Origin: an uncultured Elusimicrobiales bacterium | Lineage (GTDB): Bacteria; Elusimicrobiota; Elusimicrobia; Elusimicrobiales; Elusimicrobiaceae | Length of the DNA: 64,000 bases | Direction: 5' to 3' | NCBI GenBank assembly: GCA_934667625.1 | Contig: CAKUMH010000001.1 | Coordinates: forward strand, 24,792-88,791 | Shown: piece after piece, positions 27,295 through 36,454 of the stretch | Position numbering within the stretch: position 1 is the first letter of the stretch | Layout of the letters: each line of letters begins with the position of its first letter | Program-made: the position numbers and the translations under genes | The notes under the pieces: generated by a model | The model's database searches: none | Seen by the model: only the letters and a program-made list of their open reading frames with translations | What the model was told of the DNA's origin: nothing

Positions 27295-28709
27295 TCCGGA
27301 AGGGCCATGGTGGTGTTGCCACCGGCCTCTTGGGCCGCCTCCATGTGCTCCGGCGCCGGGTTGGTGAAGAGAGCGTATTCGCCAAAGAAGGCCAAATCAA
27401 TATCGCCCACGGGGCCGTTGCGCTGTTTGGCAATAATCAGCGTGGCCTTGTTTTTGAGCGATTCGTCGTCGCGCTTGTAGTAGGCCTCGCGGTGGATGAG
27501 GGCAACCACGTCGGCATCCTGCTCAATAGAGCCGGATTCGCGCAAGTCGGAAAGCTGCGGTTTGTTGTCTTGGCGGCTTTTGTCCTCGTTTTTGCGGCTA
27601 AGCTGTGAAAGTGCCAGCACCGGCACGTTGAGCGTGCGGGCCAAATCCTTTAACATACGGGAAATTTCGGACACTTCCTGCTGGCGGCTTTCCGTGCGGC
27701 GCTCCCCGCCGCGGATGAGCTGCAGATAGTCAATGACGATCAGCCCCAGTTCCTTGCCTTGCTTTTTTAAATCGCTGGCCAGGCGGCGGGCGCGCATGCG
27801 CAGTTCCGTAATGGAAATGCCGGAGGTATCGTCAATATACATGGGTGCGGCAGCCAAGCGGCCGAGCTCGCGCGTTAAATCGGACCATTTGCTCTGCTCA
27901 TAATACCCTGTGCGCAATTTATAAATTTCCACCATGGCGGCGGCACCGAGCATACGTTCAAAAATAATGTGTTTGCCCATTTCCAGCGAAAAGAACGCCA
28001 CCGGGAACCCGCATTCCACGCACGCGTGGTGCGCAATGTTAAGCGCCAGGGCCGTTTTACCTTGGCTGGGGCGGGCGCCCAAGATGATTAAATCGGACTT
28101 TCTAAGACCGCCTGTTTTGCGGTCAAACTCATCCAAGCCCGTCGGAACGCCTTGAATGGCACTTTTGTTGCGCACGGCGTTTTCCAGCATGGCGATGACT
28201 TCCGGCGCTAAGTCTTTGGAGGATACGAAGCCCGTCAGCTTTTGTTTTTGGCTGAGCTTGTAAATTTGGTCGGCGGCTTCGTCAATTAAAATTTGCGGGT
28301 CGTCGTCCTCTTCTTTGTAACAGCGCTGGACCAGCCCCGTGGCGGTGCGGATTAAATCGCGCACGACGTATTTTTTGTACACGATTTCCGCATAGTGCTT
28401 GACGTGCGCCGCGGTGGACACCTTGTCCACCAGCTGCGTTAAGTACAGTTCCCCCCCCAGCTGGGTGAGCAGGTTGTTACGTTTGAGCTCCTCGGTGAGG
28501 GTGATAATATCAATGGCTTGGCTGCGGTCGGCCAGGGCTTTCATGGCGGCGAAAATCTTTTGGTGCGCTTCTTTATAAAAATGCTCCGGCTTTAAAATTT
28601 CCAACGCCTGGTCCACAGCGTCGGCCTCCAACAGCATAGAGCCCAACACGGCCATTTCCGCGTCAATTGCTTGCGGAGGGATACGTTCTTCCAATAAATT
28701 GCTCGCCAT
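27291..28709 (-). CDS. dnaB: Replicative DNA helicase DnaB
   Basis: 472 aa; Walker A GARPSQGKT; DnaB-family N- and C-terminal domain motifs (IHHACVECG..., SQLSRKNE...). Confidence 0.9.
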   Translation of the reverse strand: MASNLLEERIPPQAIDAEMAVLGSMLLEADAVDQALEILKPEHFYKEAHQKIFAAMKALADRSQAIDIITLTEELKRNNLLTQLGGELYLTQLVDKVSTAAHVKHYAEIVYKKYVVRDLIRTATGLVQRCYKEEDDDPQILIDEAADQIYKLSQKQKLTGFVSSKDLAPEVIAMLENAVRNKSAIQGVPTGLDEFDRKTGGLRKSDLIILGARPSQGKTALALNIAHHACVECGFPVAFFSLEMGKHIIFERMLGAAAMVEIYKLRTGYYEQSKWSDLTRELGRLAAAPMYIDDTSGISITELRMRARRLASDLKKQGKELGLIVIDYLQLIRGGERRTESRQQEVSEISRMLKDLARTLNVPVLALSQLSRKNEDKSRQDNKPQLSDLRESGSIEQDADVVALIHREAYYKRDDESLKNKATLIIAKQRNGPVGDIDLAFFGEYALFTNPAPEHMEAAQEAGGNTTMALPE

Positions 28710-28865
28710 AAGTCCTCAAAAGAAAATAAATTTGTTTACCCTACGGTAAAAAGTCTTTCTTTATTGTACCAATTTAGAGCCCGTTTATGCCAACCGAAAG
28801 AAAGCGTTTTTGGGTTAGGAGGGGGGGCGGGCTGATACCGGAGAGCATTCCCTTTGCCGGTTGCG

Positions 28866-28915
28866 GAGAAGGTTGCCCTTTTGCGCGGTTTTTAAAAGGC
28901 GGGCTAAACGGAAAA
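28866..28915. repeat. Copy 1 of a conserved ~45-bp intergenic element (gccctttgcg..gtttttaaaaggcgg..taaacggaa)
   Basis: Near-identical to 39078-39122. Confidence 0.5.
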
Positions 28916-29007
28916 GGCCGATGCGCTTTTTGCCCGTTGCCTGGATATGTTTTCCAAAGCACAGCGGAATTTGCTAGAGTATAGTATCTTTTATGAGGAG
29001 GCCCCGA

Positions 29008-30456
29008 ATGGAGCAAAGTGTTGTAAAAACCAAACAGCCCACCGGCTTGTGGCTCTTGTTTATGACCGAGCTGTGGGAACGTTTTAGCTATTATGCCATG
29101 CGCAGTATTTTGGTGCTGTACATGGTTTACTTATTGCAAATGGACAAAAGCGGTGCGGCCAATGTGTACGGTACGTTTACCAGCTTGGTTTACTTGTCCA
29201 CCCTGCTGGGCGGCTTTCTGGCCGACCGCTACCTGGGCCAAAAATGGGCCACCTTCTGGGGCGGCGCGTTGATTGCCGCCGGTATGTTTGTGATGAGCGT
29301 GCCCACTATATCCTTTTTATATATAGCCATGGGGCTGATTATTTTGGGCAACGGGTTCTTTAAACCCAATGTGGTGGCTATCGTCGGCCAGTTGTACGGC
29401 AAGAACGACGCCCGGCGCGACGGCGGTTTTACCATTTTTTATATGAGTGTGAACATCGGGGCCTTTTTCGGGCCGCTTTTGGTGGGGCATTTTGCCGCTA
29501 CCGGCAATTATAAAGCGGCGTTTTGGGTGTCCGGCATTGGTATGCTGATTGGGCTCGCAATTTTTATGCTGGGTTACAAAAAATTCCTGCCCGGATTAGG
29601 CGCCGCACCCGCCAAAAAACCCGTGTTTTACAAAGACGCCGCCCTGTGGGTGATTGCGCTGGCTATCCCCGTAATTGTGCTTTATATGAAGGGTATGCAC
29701 GCGCTTTCTTACGGGTGTTTTGCCGCCTTGGCCGCCGGATATTACCTGTACCACAAAAACACCAAACGGACGGAAACCGAAAAAGCCGCCCCGCTGACCA
29801 AACAGGAAAAACAGCAGATTGCCGTCATTGGGATTTTGGCGTTTTTTAGCATTTTCTTTTGGGCGGCCTTTGAACAGGCCGGCGCCGCGCTGAACTTGTT
29901 TGCCTACGAATATACAGACCGCGTCATTCACTTCTTTGGCCATTCCTGGGAAATTCCGGCCAACTGGTTCCAAAGTTTGAACCCGCTGTACGTGGTGATT
30001 TTTGCGCCGCTGTTTTCCAAATTGTGGATTGAGCTGGCCAAAAAGAGCAAAGAGCCGTCCACCCCGGCCAAGTTTGTCATTTCGTTGTGGCTGCTGTCGC
30101 TGGGATTTGCCGTCATGCTGCTGGGCGCGTTTGCGCTGGTGGGAAATGCCAAAATCAGCTTGTTTTACCTGGCGCTGACTTATCTGTTCCACACGTTCGC
30201 CGAACTGTGTATTTCGCCCGTGGGGAAATCTATGGTAACAAAGCTGGCGCCGGCACGGTTTGTGTCGCTGCTTATCGGGGTGTGGTACCTCTCCAACGCG
30301 GCGGCCAACAAATTGGCGGGCGTATATTCGGGCTATTTCCAAAAAATCAGCAATGAGCAATTCTTTTTGTGGCTCGTTATCGTGCCGCTCTTGGTGTCGG
30401 GCATACTGATGTTCTTTTTAAAGGGCATCAAAAAATGGATGCACGGCGTGCACTAA
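29008..30456 (+). CDS. POT/PTR2-family proton-dependent oligopeptide transporter
   Basis: FMTELWERFSYYAMRSILVLYM signature; about 14 TM helices; GAGGAGG RBS 7 nt before ATG 29008 (the ORF-track ATG 28993 lies inside the RBS). Confidence 0.85.
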   Translation: MEQSVVKTKQPTGLWLLFMTELWERFSYYAMRSILVLYMVYLLQMDKSGAANVYGTFTSLVYLSTLLGGFLADRYLGQKWATFWGGALIAAGMFVMSVPTISFLYIAMGLIILGNGFFKPNVVAIVGQLYGKNDARRDGGFTIFYMSVNIGAFFGPLLVGHFAATGNYKAAFWVSGIGMLIGLAIFMLGYKKFLPGLGAAPAKKPVFYKDAALWVIALAIPVIVLYMKGMHALSYGCFAALAAGYYLYHKNTKRTETEKAAPLTKQEKQQIAVIGILAFFSIFFWAAFEQAGAALNLFAYEYTDRVIHFFGHSWEIPANWFQSLNPLYVVIFAPLFSKLWIELAKKSKEPSTPAKFVISLWLLSLGFAVMLLGAFALVGNAKISLFYLALTYLFHTFAELCISPVGKSMVTKLAPARFVSLLIGVWYLSNAAANKLAGVYSGYFQKISNEQFFLWLVIVPLLVSGILMFFLKGIKKWMHGVH

Positions 30457-30480
30457 TCCGCACGATCCGGCCGACTTTTA

Positions 30481-30508
30481 CCCCGGGCTGTGCCCGGGGT
30501 TTTTTATG
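30481..30508 (+). terminator. Rho-independent terminator after the POT transporter gene
   Basis: ccccgggctgtgcccggggtttttta. Confidence 0.55.
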
Positions 30509-30544
30509 GGCAAAGGGAAACCTGAAAAAGCAAACGCCTGACAC

Positions 30545-30580
30545 AGAAAACCCCCTCCGCTTCAGAACGGAGGGGGTTAT
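30545..30580 (-). terminator. Rho-independent terminator after rplI
   Basis: ccccctccgcttcagaacggaggggg hairpin followed by a T-run on the minus strand. Confidence 0.5.
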
Positions 30581-30603
30581 ACAAAACGCAAGCTATTTAG
30601 GAT

Positions 30604-31116
30604 TTATTTGGCTTCGGCAACCGCTTCGGCTTTTTCTTCCGGCTTGGCATCGGCGACTTTTTCTTCCACCGTGGTCAAGGGGTTGATTTGAACCTTAATG
30701 ACGGCGGTCACGGTCGGTTTCAAATAAATGCCTACCTCGGTTTCACCCAAGGCCTTAATCGGCATATTCAGTTCAATGGCGTCTTTGGCAATGTTGTGGC
30801 CCAAAGCAACCAACGCTTTAAAAATATCGGCTTTGTTGACGGAACCGAACACCACGCCGTCGCTGTTGACGGTTTTGGTGAACGGCAACACCACGCCGGC
30901 CAATTTTTCGGCGATGGCACGCGCTTCGGCGAGTTCCGCCTCAATGCGTTTGGCACGTCTTTCGGCGCCCAATTGCCAGTTCTTAATGGCACCTTCGGTG
31001 GCGATTTCCGCCAAGCGGTGCGGCACCAAGAAGTTGCGGGCATAACCGGGCTTTACGTCTACGACGGTGCCCACCATACCCAAGTTCTTTACATTCTGTT
31101 TCAAAATAACTTTCAT
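30604..31116 (-). CDS. rplI: 50S ribosomal protein L9
   Basis: MKVILKQNVKNLG...VKPGYARNFL N-terminal signature. Confidence 0.9.
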   Translation of the reverse strand: MKVILKQNVKNLGMVGTVVDVKPGYARNFLVPHRLAEIATEGAIKNWQLGAERRAKRIEAELAEARAIAEKLAGVVLPFTKTVNSDGVVFGSVNKADIFKALVALGHNIAKDAIELNMPIKALGETEVGIYLKPTVTAVIKVQINPLTTVEEKVADAKPEEKAEAVAEAK

Positions 31117-31132
31117 TTGTGCGTCCTCCGGC

Positions 31133-31462
31133 TTATTTCTTGGGCAACGAATACGGCAAGATAGCCAAGTTGCGGTCGCGCTTGATGGCTTTGGTAATCT
31201 GGCGTTGGTGTTTCGCGCAGGTGCCGGTGATTCTTCTGGAAAGGATTTTGCCGCTTTCCATGGTAAAGGACTTTACGAACTGAAAGTTCTTATAGTCTAC
31301 ATTTTCAATTTTTTCAGCGCAGACTTTGCAGACTTTTCTTCTGCTTTCAAAGCGCTTTTTGCCCATAAACGGACGCGCCGGTCTTTCGGAGCGGGCGGCC
31401 GGAGCAGCAGCGGCGGGAGCCGCGGCGGCAGGGGCTTGCGTGTTTTTAATTTCTTCAGACAT
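31133..31462 (-). CDS. rpsR: 30S ribosomal protein S18
   Basis: The core DYKNFQFVKSFTMESGKILSRRITGTCAKHQRQITKAIKRDRNLAILPY matches S18. Confidence 0.9.
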   Translation of the reverse strand: MSEEIKNTQAPAAAAPAAAAPAARSERPARPFMGKKRFESRRKVCKVCAEKIENVDYKNFQFVKSFTMESGKILSRRITGTCAKHQRQITKAIKRDRNLAILPYSLPKK

Positions 31463-31485
31463 GTGTTATCTCTCTTTGGTTCCTG

Positions 31486-31932
31486 TTAAAAAGGCACGTC
31501 GTCTTCCATTACGTCGGTAGTGGGGACGTCGTCCTTGGCGGCCGGGGCGGGGGCATCGGTGTGATATCCGCCGGCGGCGTTGGATTCCAGTATTTGTACT
31601 CTGCGGGCCGTTACCTGCAAAGATTTGCGGGTTTGCCCGGTTGTTTTGTCGGTGTATTCGCTGCTGGTGAGGCGGCCTTCCACTTGAATGGGGGTCCCTT
31701 TTTTCACCCGGTCTTTACACCGTTCGGCGGCAGCACCCCAAACCACTACGGGAACAAACACAGTGTCATCCTTCCACTCGTTTGTGGTAGCATCTAAATA
31801 TCTGCGGTTGACCGCAATATCACAACGGCACACTGCCTGGCCCTTTTGCGTAAACGCCACATTCGGGTCACGTGTTAACCGTCCGACTAGAAGTACAAGA
31901 TTTTGTTCCGGTAATTTGATTTGTGCTGGCAT
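31486..31932 (-). CDS. ssb: Single-stranded DNA-binding protein
   Basis: OB-fold NLVLLVGRLTRDP; acidic C-terminal tip DDVPF; start at an internal ATG that avoids overlap with rpsF. Confidence 0.85.
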   Translation of the reverse strand: MPAQIKLPEQNLVLLVGRLTRDPNVAFTQKGQAVCRCDIAVNRRYLDATTNEWKDDTVFVPVVVWGAAAERCKDRVKKGTPIQVEGRLTSSEYTDKTTGQTRKSLQVTARRVQILESNAAGGYHTDAPAPAAKDDVPTTDVMEDDVPF

Positions 31933-31939
31933 AGCGACC

Positions 31940-32260
31940 TTATTTTGCAACGGCAGGAGCCGGTTTTACCTTCACTTCCACGGCGTTCATCGTCATGGAG
32001 CGCAGGACTTTTTCGTTCAACTTCAAAGCGCCTTCAAACACTTTTACAAAGGTCGGTTCGGCTTTGAATTTGAGGTAGAGGTAGAAACCGTCGCGAACGT
32101 GATTGACTTCGTGGGTGAATTTTCTTCTGCCCAGTCTTTCTTCGCTGACGACTTCGCCACCGTTTTTCGCGATCAGGTCTTTGGCCTTGGTCACGAATTC
32201 GCCCACTTCTCCGTCGGAGAGTTGGGGTTTAACAATAATTACGCTTTCGTAAGTTTTCAT
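31940..32260 (-). CDS. rpsF: 30S ribosomal protein S6
   Basis: MKTYESVIIVKPQLSDGEV signature; first gene of the rpsF-ssb-rpsR-rplI operon. Confidence 0.9.
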   Translation of the reverse strand: MKTYESVIIVKPQLSDGEVGEFVTKAKDLIAKNGGEVVSEERLGRRKFTHEVNHVRDGFYLYLKFKAEPTFVKVFEGALKLNEKVLRSMTMNAVEVKVKPAPAVAK

Positions 32261-32381
32261 ATACCAATTATTCTTTTTTTGCGTTTTGCAGAGTCAAAAA
32301 GCCCCGAGGGCTTTCGCCCCGGAGAATTTGCTCTATGGATATTATAGCAAAAATAGGGACAAAACAACCACTTTTTGCCTG

Positions 32382-32906
32382 TTATTTAAAGCAATAGGTT
32401 TCGTAGGAGCTGTTGGCGCGACAGGGGGCGGTGGTGTTTGTTTCCAGGCGGCACACCCGTTGGGGTACGCTTCCCCGCGAATGATAGGCAAAGCACAGCC
32501 GTGCATTGGAGGCGAATTTAATCTCTAATTCAGGCACATCGGTGGAGGAATAATCCATACATTGCACCGTTCCTATCACATAGTCACGCAACATGCAAAC
32601 GCCATTTTTGCCAAAAGTAATTTGATTAAAGGTACCATAACCTTCGGCATTGACGGGAGTGGCCGGGCCAAAATTTAAATCTAACGCGCTGAAATCCGTA
32701 GTGTATTGACCGTTGGCCATAAAGTATACTTGTTCCGCTTTGGCAATAGCAGTGCCCATTTCCACCAACTGCTGGTAGCGCGCACGGGCGACTGCGGTTT
32801 GGTACTGGGGCAGGGCCACTGCGGCAAGAATGCCGATGATAAGGACGACGACAAGAAGTTCAATAAGGGTGAAACCGCCTAAACGGCGCGTAGTAACGTT
32901 TTTCAT
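32382..32906 (-). CDS. Type IV pilin-like (prepilin) protein
   Basis: MKNVTTRRLGG|FTLIELLVVVLIIGILAA; AGGAAGG RBS; the 16-codon upstream extension in the ORF track (TTG start) is the palindromic 5' UTR, not coding. Confidence 0.8.
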   Translation of the reverse strand: MKNVTTRRLGGFTLIELLVVVLIIGILAAVALPQYQTAVARARYQQLVEMGTAIAKAEQVYFMANGQYTTDFSALDLNFGPATPVNAEGYGTFNQITFGKNGVCMLRDYVIGTVQCMDYSSTDVPELEIKFASNARLCFAYHSRGSVPQRVCRLETNTTAPCRANSSYETYCFK

Positions 32907-33005
32907 CACAACCTTCCTTTTTGATAAATTTTTCGCATACTCAAAATTTATCAAAAAAAAAAACGATTACAACCCTTTTATATTTTGCCGGCCCAAAAAC
33001 AGCTG
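32880..33005 (-). promoter_or_regulatory. Conserved pilin 5' module (promoter region, palindromic UTR and leader-peptide codons), copy 1 of 3
   Basis: ~130 bp near-identical to 38690-38815 and 60530-60665; contains the inverted repeat ttgataaatttt...aaaatttatcaa. Confidence 0.5.
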
Positions 33006-33014
33006 TTCAACAAG

Positions 33015-33200
33015 GAAGAGATGCTGGACTAAAACACTCCAGCATGACCTTTGTTTGATGACGGACACGACACAAAGGGTAGATCCTGAATCAAGTTCAG
33101 GATGACCACCTTTGTTAGATAACAACGAGATCCTGGACTACAACCTTCCAGGATGACGGCTCTTTTACGGGCCGCCAGTTCAGCATAACGACCTTTGTTT
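33015..33200. repeat. REP-like hairpin-module cluster
   Basis: gatgctggactaaaacactccagcatgac, ggtagatcctgaatcaagttcaggatgac, gagatcctggactacaaccttccaggatgacgg and ccgccagttcagcataacgac. Confidence 0.6.
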
Positions 33201-33221
33201 TATAACGACAACGACTATTAT

Positions 33222-33449
33222 CTATTGGCGTTTGAGGAAAATTTTGGCAGGGCTGGTGGCGCCCTTGATGAGCGAAAGTTTGTTTTCGGGTATGGACAAC
33301 TGCTCGGCCAGCACGGTGCGGACGGCCTCGTTGGCGCGGCCCTGTTCCGCGGGCGCTTTTACCCACACTTCAAAAGTATCGGGAGATTTTTGGACGAGTT
33401 TGTTCTTCTTTTCCCCCGCGTGCACTTTTACCTTAATGTAACTTTCCAT
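33222..33449 (-). CDS. DUF167/YggU-family small protein
   Basis: 75 aa; pattern VKVHAGEKKNKL...FEVWVKAPAEQGRANEAV...LIKGATSPAKIF matches the UPF0235 family. Confidence 0.6.
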   Translation of the reverse strand: MESYIKVKVHAGEKKNKLVQKSPDTFEVWVKAPAEQGRANEAVRTVLAEQLSIPENKLSLIKGATSPAKIFLKRQ

Positions 33450-33497
33450 AAGTTTATTTTACTTTTTTTGAACCCGCCTGGCTGCTTGGCGGACATA

Positions 33498-33559
33498 AAA
33501 AATCACTTTTGCGGGAAGAACTGTTTGGTAAACCAAACAACCGCAAAAGTGATTTTTAC
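33498..33559 (-). terminator. Long nested hairpin, likely the gpmI terminator
   Basis: 17-bp perfect inverted repeat aaaaatcacttttgcgg/ccgcaaaagtgattttt enclosing a second palindrome gtttggtaaaccaaac; a T-run follows on the minus strand. Confidence 0.5.
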
Positions 33560-33575
33560 AATCGGGTATTTCCTG

Positions 33576-35132
33576 CTATTTGCTGACGATTAAGCTCTTG
33601 GCCGTCATATCGGCAGGCTTTTTTAGACCCATCACGTCCAGCACCGTTACCGCGATGTCGCCCAGGTTGCCCGCGGCGGCCATTTTGGCGTTTTTATGGT
33701 CTTTGCTGACATACACAAAATCCACCAAGTTGGTGGTGTGCGCGGTTTTGGGCATATTGATTTTATCGTCCCACATTTCTTCGGCGTTGCCGTGGTCAGC
33801 CGTGATGAACACCGTGTAGCCCTGCTTTAAGGCCGCCTCGGTGACGAGGCCGGTGCATTCGTCCACGACTTCCACCGCTTTTACAACAGATTTAAAATTG
33901 CCGGTGTGACCGACCATATCGCAGTTGGCGAAGTTGATGACGATGAAATCGTACTTATCAGAGGCGATTTGCTTGAGGGCTTCGTCCTTGACGATATAAG
34001 CCTCCATTTCCGGGTGGTCGGCAAAGGTGGCAGGGTCAAAGCGGCCTTTGATTTCAATGCGGTCTTCGCCTTCGTACGGCTTAATTTGTTTGCCGTTAAA
34101 GAAGGACGTAACGTGTTTGAATTTTTGCGTTTCGGCCAGGCGCAGCTGCTTTAAACCGGCTTTGGAAATCACCTCGCCCAGCAGGTTATTCATGCCGCCG
34201 CCTGCAGTCATGGACGGCAAGGCGTTGTAGGGGAAGGAATCGTAATATTTCGTCAAACCGCAATAAACGCAGGGCACGCGTTCGCCGCGGGATTTGCCCG
34301 GGTAGTTGTCGTCAATAAACGCGCGGGTGAGCTGGATGGCGCGGTCCTGGCGGAAGTTAAAGAAAATCACGCTGGAACCGGCTTGCATGCCTTTGTAGTC
34401 GCCCAGCACGGTCGGCGGGATGTATTCGTCCACCATGGGGCCGCCGTCGGGCGTTTTCATGGTTTTGTAATCGGTTTGCACGACTTCTTCGGCCGTATTG
34501 CCGTGCAGCCCTTGGGCACGGACAATCAGGTTGTAGGCCTTGTCGGTCAAGCTCCAGTCTTCGCCGCGGTCCATGGCGTAGTAGCGGCCCTGAATCGTGG
34601 CGATTTGGCCCACGCCGTATTCTTTAATTTTTTCTTCCAGCGTGCGGATAAAACCAATAGAGCTTTGCGGCGGGGTATCGCGACCGTCGGCAAAAAAGTG
34701 AATGTAGACTTGTTTGACGCCTTTTTCGGCGGCGTATTTCATAATGGCGTGCAAATGGTCTTGGTGCGCGTGGACGCCTTCGTCCTGCACCAGGCCCATA
34801 ATGTGCAACGGCTTGTTGTTTTTGAGGCAGTTGTCAATGCAGGCGGCAAAGGGCGCGGCTTTGAAGAGAGAACCGTCTTCAATCGTGTCTTTTAAGCGTT
34901 TGAGTTCCTGGATGACAATGCGGCCCGCGCCCATGTTGAGGTGGCCGACTTCGGAAGAGCCCATATAGCCCGCCGGAAGGCCCACTTGTTCGCCGGAGGC
35001 TTCAATCTGCGTGTGCGGATATTCGGCCAGGTATTTGGTCATGTTGGGCGTTTTGGCGTTGGTCACCGCGTTGTGCGGGCCCGCCTTGGCGTCGCCCCAG
35101 CCGTCTCTAATAATTAAAACCACTTTGTTCAT
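33576..35132 (-). CDS. gpmI: 2,3-bisphosphoglycerate-independent phosphoglycerate mutase
   Basis: 518 aa; iPGM signatures (GSSEVGHLNMGAGR, ADHGNAEEM). Confidence 0.9.
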   Translation of the reverse strand: MNKVVLIIRDGWGDAKAGPHNAVTNAKTPNMTKYLAEYPHTQIEASGEQVGLPAGYMGSSEVGHLNMGAGRIVIQELKRLKDTIEDGSLFKAAPFAACIDNCLKNNKPLHIMGLVQDEGVHAHQDHLHAIMKYAAEKGVKQVYIHFFADGRDTPPQSSIGFIRTLEEKIKEYGVGQIATIQGRYYAMDRGEDWSLTDKAYNLIVRAQGLHGNTAEEVVQTDYKTMKTPDGGPMVDEYIPPTVLGDYKGMQAGSSVIFFNFRQDRAIQLTRAFIDDNYPGKSRGERVPCVYCGLTKYYDSFPYNALPSMTAGGGMNNLLGEVISKAGLKQLRLAETQKFKHVTSFFNGKQIKPYEGEDRIEIKGRFDPATFADHPEMEAYIVKDEALKQIASDKYDFIVINFANCDMVGHTGNFKSVVKAVEVVDECTGLVTEAALKQGYTVFITADHGNAEEMWDDKINMPKTAHTTNLVDFVYVSKDHKNAKMAAAGNLGDIAVTVLDVMGLKKPADMTAKSLIVSK

Positions 35133-35737
35133 TTTACTATCTCCTTATTGGTACGAATTAAATCCTTCCAGCGTTTGCATTGGAACTGGTTTAACTGCTC
35201 CAGCGTGCAGACGCCTTCCTTACTTAATATTGTAAGAAAATAATAGAAAATCTGCTCGGCCATTTTTGTATCGGCCATGGCGCGGTGCCACCCCTGCGGA
35301 TTAATGCCCAAATCGGCCGCAATACAACCCAAATTGTTTTTGACAAACTTGCCGCTCTTGCGCGCCAGTTTGAGCGTGTCTATAATGGGATTAGGCGGAA
35401 AGTGCAGACCGCATTCTTCAAATTCCGCGCGTAAGAAGCTGACGTCAAAATCGGCATTGTGCGCCACAATGACACAGCCGTCCAAAAGGGCCAAGAGCTT
35501 GGGCAGCACTTCGGCAAAGGTGGGAGCTGTGGCGACCATTTCGTTCGTAATGCCGTGAATGGCAATCACGTCCGGGTGCATAGGCATGCCGGGATTGATG
35601 AGGGTGGAAAATTCCTCCACCGGGCGGCCGCCCTGCGAAACGGAAACGGCGATTTCGCAAATTTTACCGCCGTCCGCCGGGGACAGACCGGTGGTTTCCG
35701 TATCCAAACAAGCAAATTTAAGTTCGTTTAATTGCAT
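35129..35737 (-). CDS. DnaQ-like 3'-5' exonuclease (DEDD family)
   Basis: Exo I motif FACLDTETTGL; Exo II VAHNADFDVSFL; Exo III HRAMADTKM. Confidence 0.8.
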   Translation of the reverse strand: MQLNELKFACLDTETTGLSPADGGKICEIAVSVSQGGRPVEEFSTLINPGMPMHPDVIAIHGITNEMVATAPTFAEVLPKLLALLDGCVIVAHNADFDVSFLRAEFEECGLHFPPNPIIDTLKLARKSGKFVKNNLGCIAADLGINPQGWHRAMADTKMAEQIFYYFLTILSKEGVCTLEQLNQFQCKRWKDLIRTNKEIVK

Positions 35738-35740
35738 AAA

Positions 35741-36454
35741 TTACCACGTTAAATAAAAGCGCAGGCGTACCAAAAAACCCACCAGCGCCGACCCGATTAC
35801 CCCAATATAAAAGGCCGCGTGGGAAACGTCCATCAGGCGGATTTTGCGGGCGTACACGCACGCGGCATACCAAACCACCAACAGCACCGCCCAACGCCAC
35901 CCGGGCAGCAGCATAATTAAAAAGAAAATGGCGCGCACCATCATTAAGAGCCAGCGTTCGTCAAAGGTGGGGTAATTGGCGCCGTAGCGGTCCTGCTCAA
36001 TGGAAAAAATGAACCAGCCGATGACGCGCGTGGCCGTTACAAGCCCCACACAAAAAATCACCCAGGATTCGGCAAAAGGGTTGCCCGTTTCGTACAAGGC
36101 CTTAAACGGCACGCACAAGAACAAAAATAAAAGGTTGACGAAGGTTTTAACAAAAAAAGTGAGCACATAGCCGTGCCGTATTTTGCCGCCGAACTGGAAG
36201 TATTTATCCGAAAATACGTGAAAGGCGCAGCACATCAAAATACACAGCCAGCCGGGGACGTGGAACAAATCCAAAAACGGCCAGGACATCGTCCAATACC
36301 CGTAGCACAGCAAGAAAGCCCAAAACAAAAAGACGCCCGCATGCAGCACTAGCGCCCGGGGGCGGTTTTCCTGCTCCATTTGGTTAATCGTTTTGTGAAA
36401 AAACACGAAATCCGTCAAGAAAAAAGCCAAAAACAACCGCCAAAATACAATCAT
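35741..36454 (-). CDS. Polytopic membrane protein, function unknown
   Basis: 237 aa; about 7 hydrophobic helices, Trp/Phe-rich; 4-nt overlap with the upstream histidine kinase gene. Confidence 0.5.
   Translation of the reverse strand: MIVFWRLFLAFFLTDFVFFHKTINQMEQENRPRALVLHAGVFLFWAFLLCYGYWTMSWPFLDLFHVPGWLCILMCCAFHVFSDKYFQFGGKIRHGYVLTFFVKTFVNLLFLFLCVPFKALYETGNPFAESWVIFCVGLVTATRVIGWFIFSIEQDRYGANYPTFDERWLLMMVRAIFFLIMLLPGWRWAVLLVVWYAACVYARKIRLMDVSHAAFYIGVIGSALVGFLVRLRFYLTW

Noticed and set aside
32907-32954. 16-codon N-terminal extension (MINFEYAKNLSKRKVV) on the pilin ORFs at 32382 and 38225, and in ORF 60313..60891
   Set aside because: It begins at TTG inside the 34-bp palindrome and is the conserved 5' UTR; the real start is the ATG preceded by the AAAGGAAGG RBS, giving the MKNVTTRRLGG|FTLIEL prepilin.
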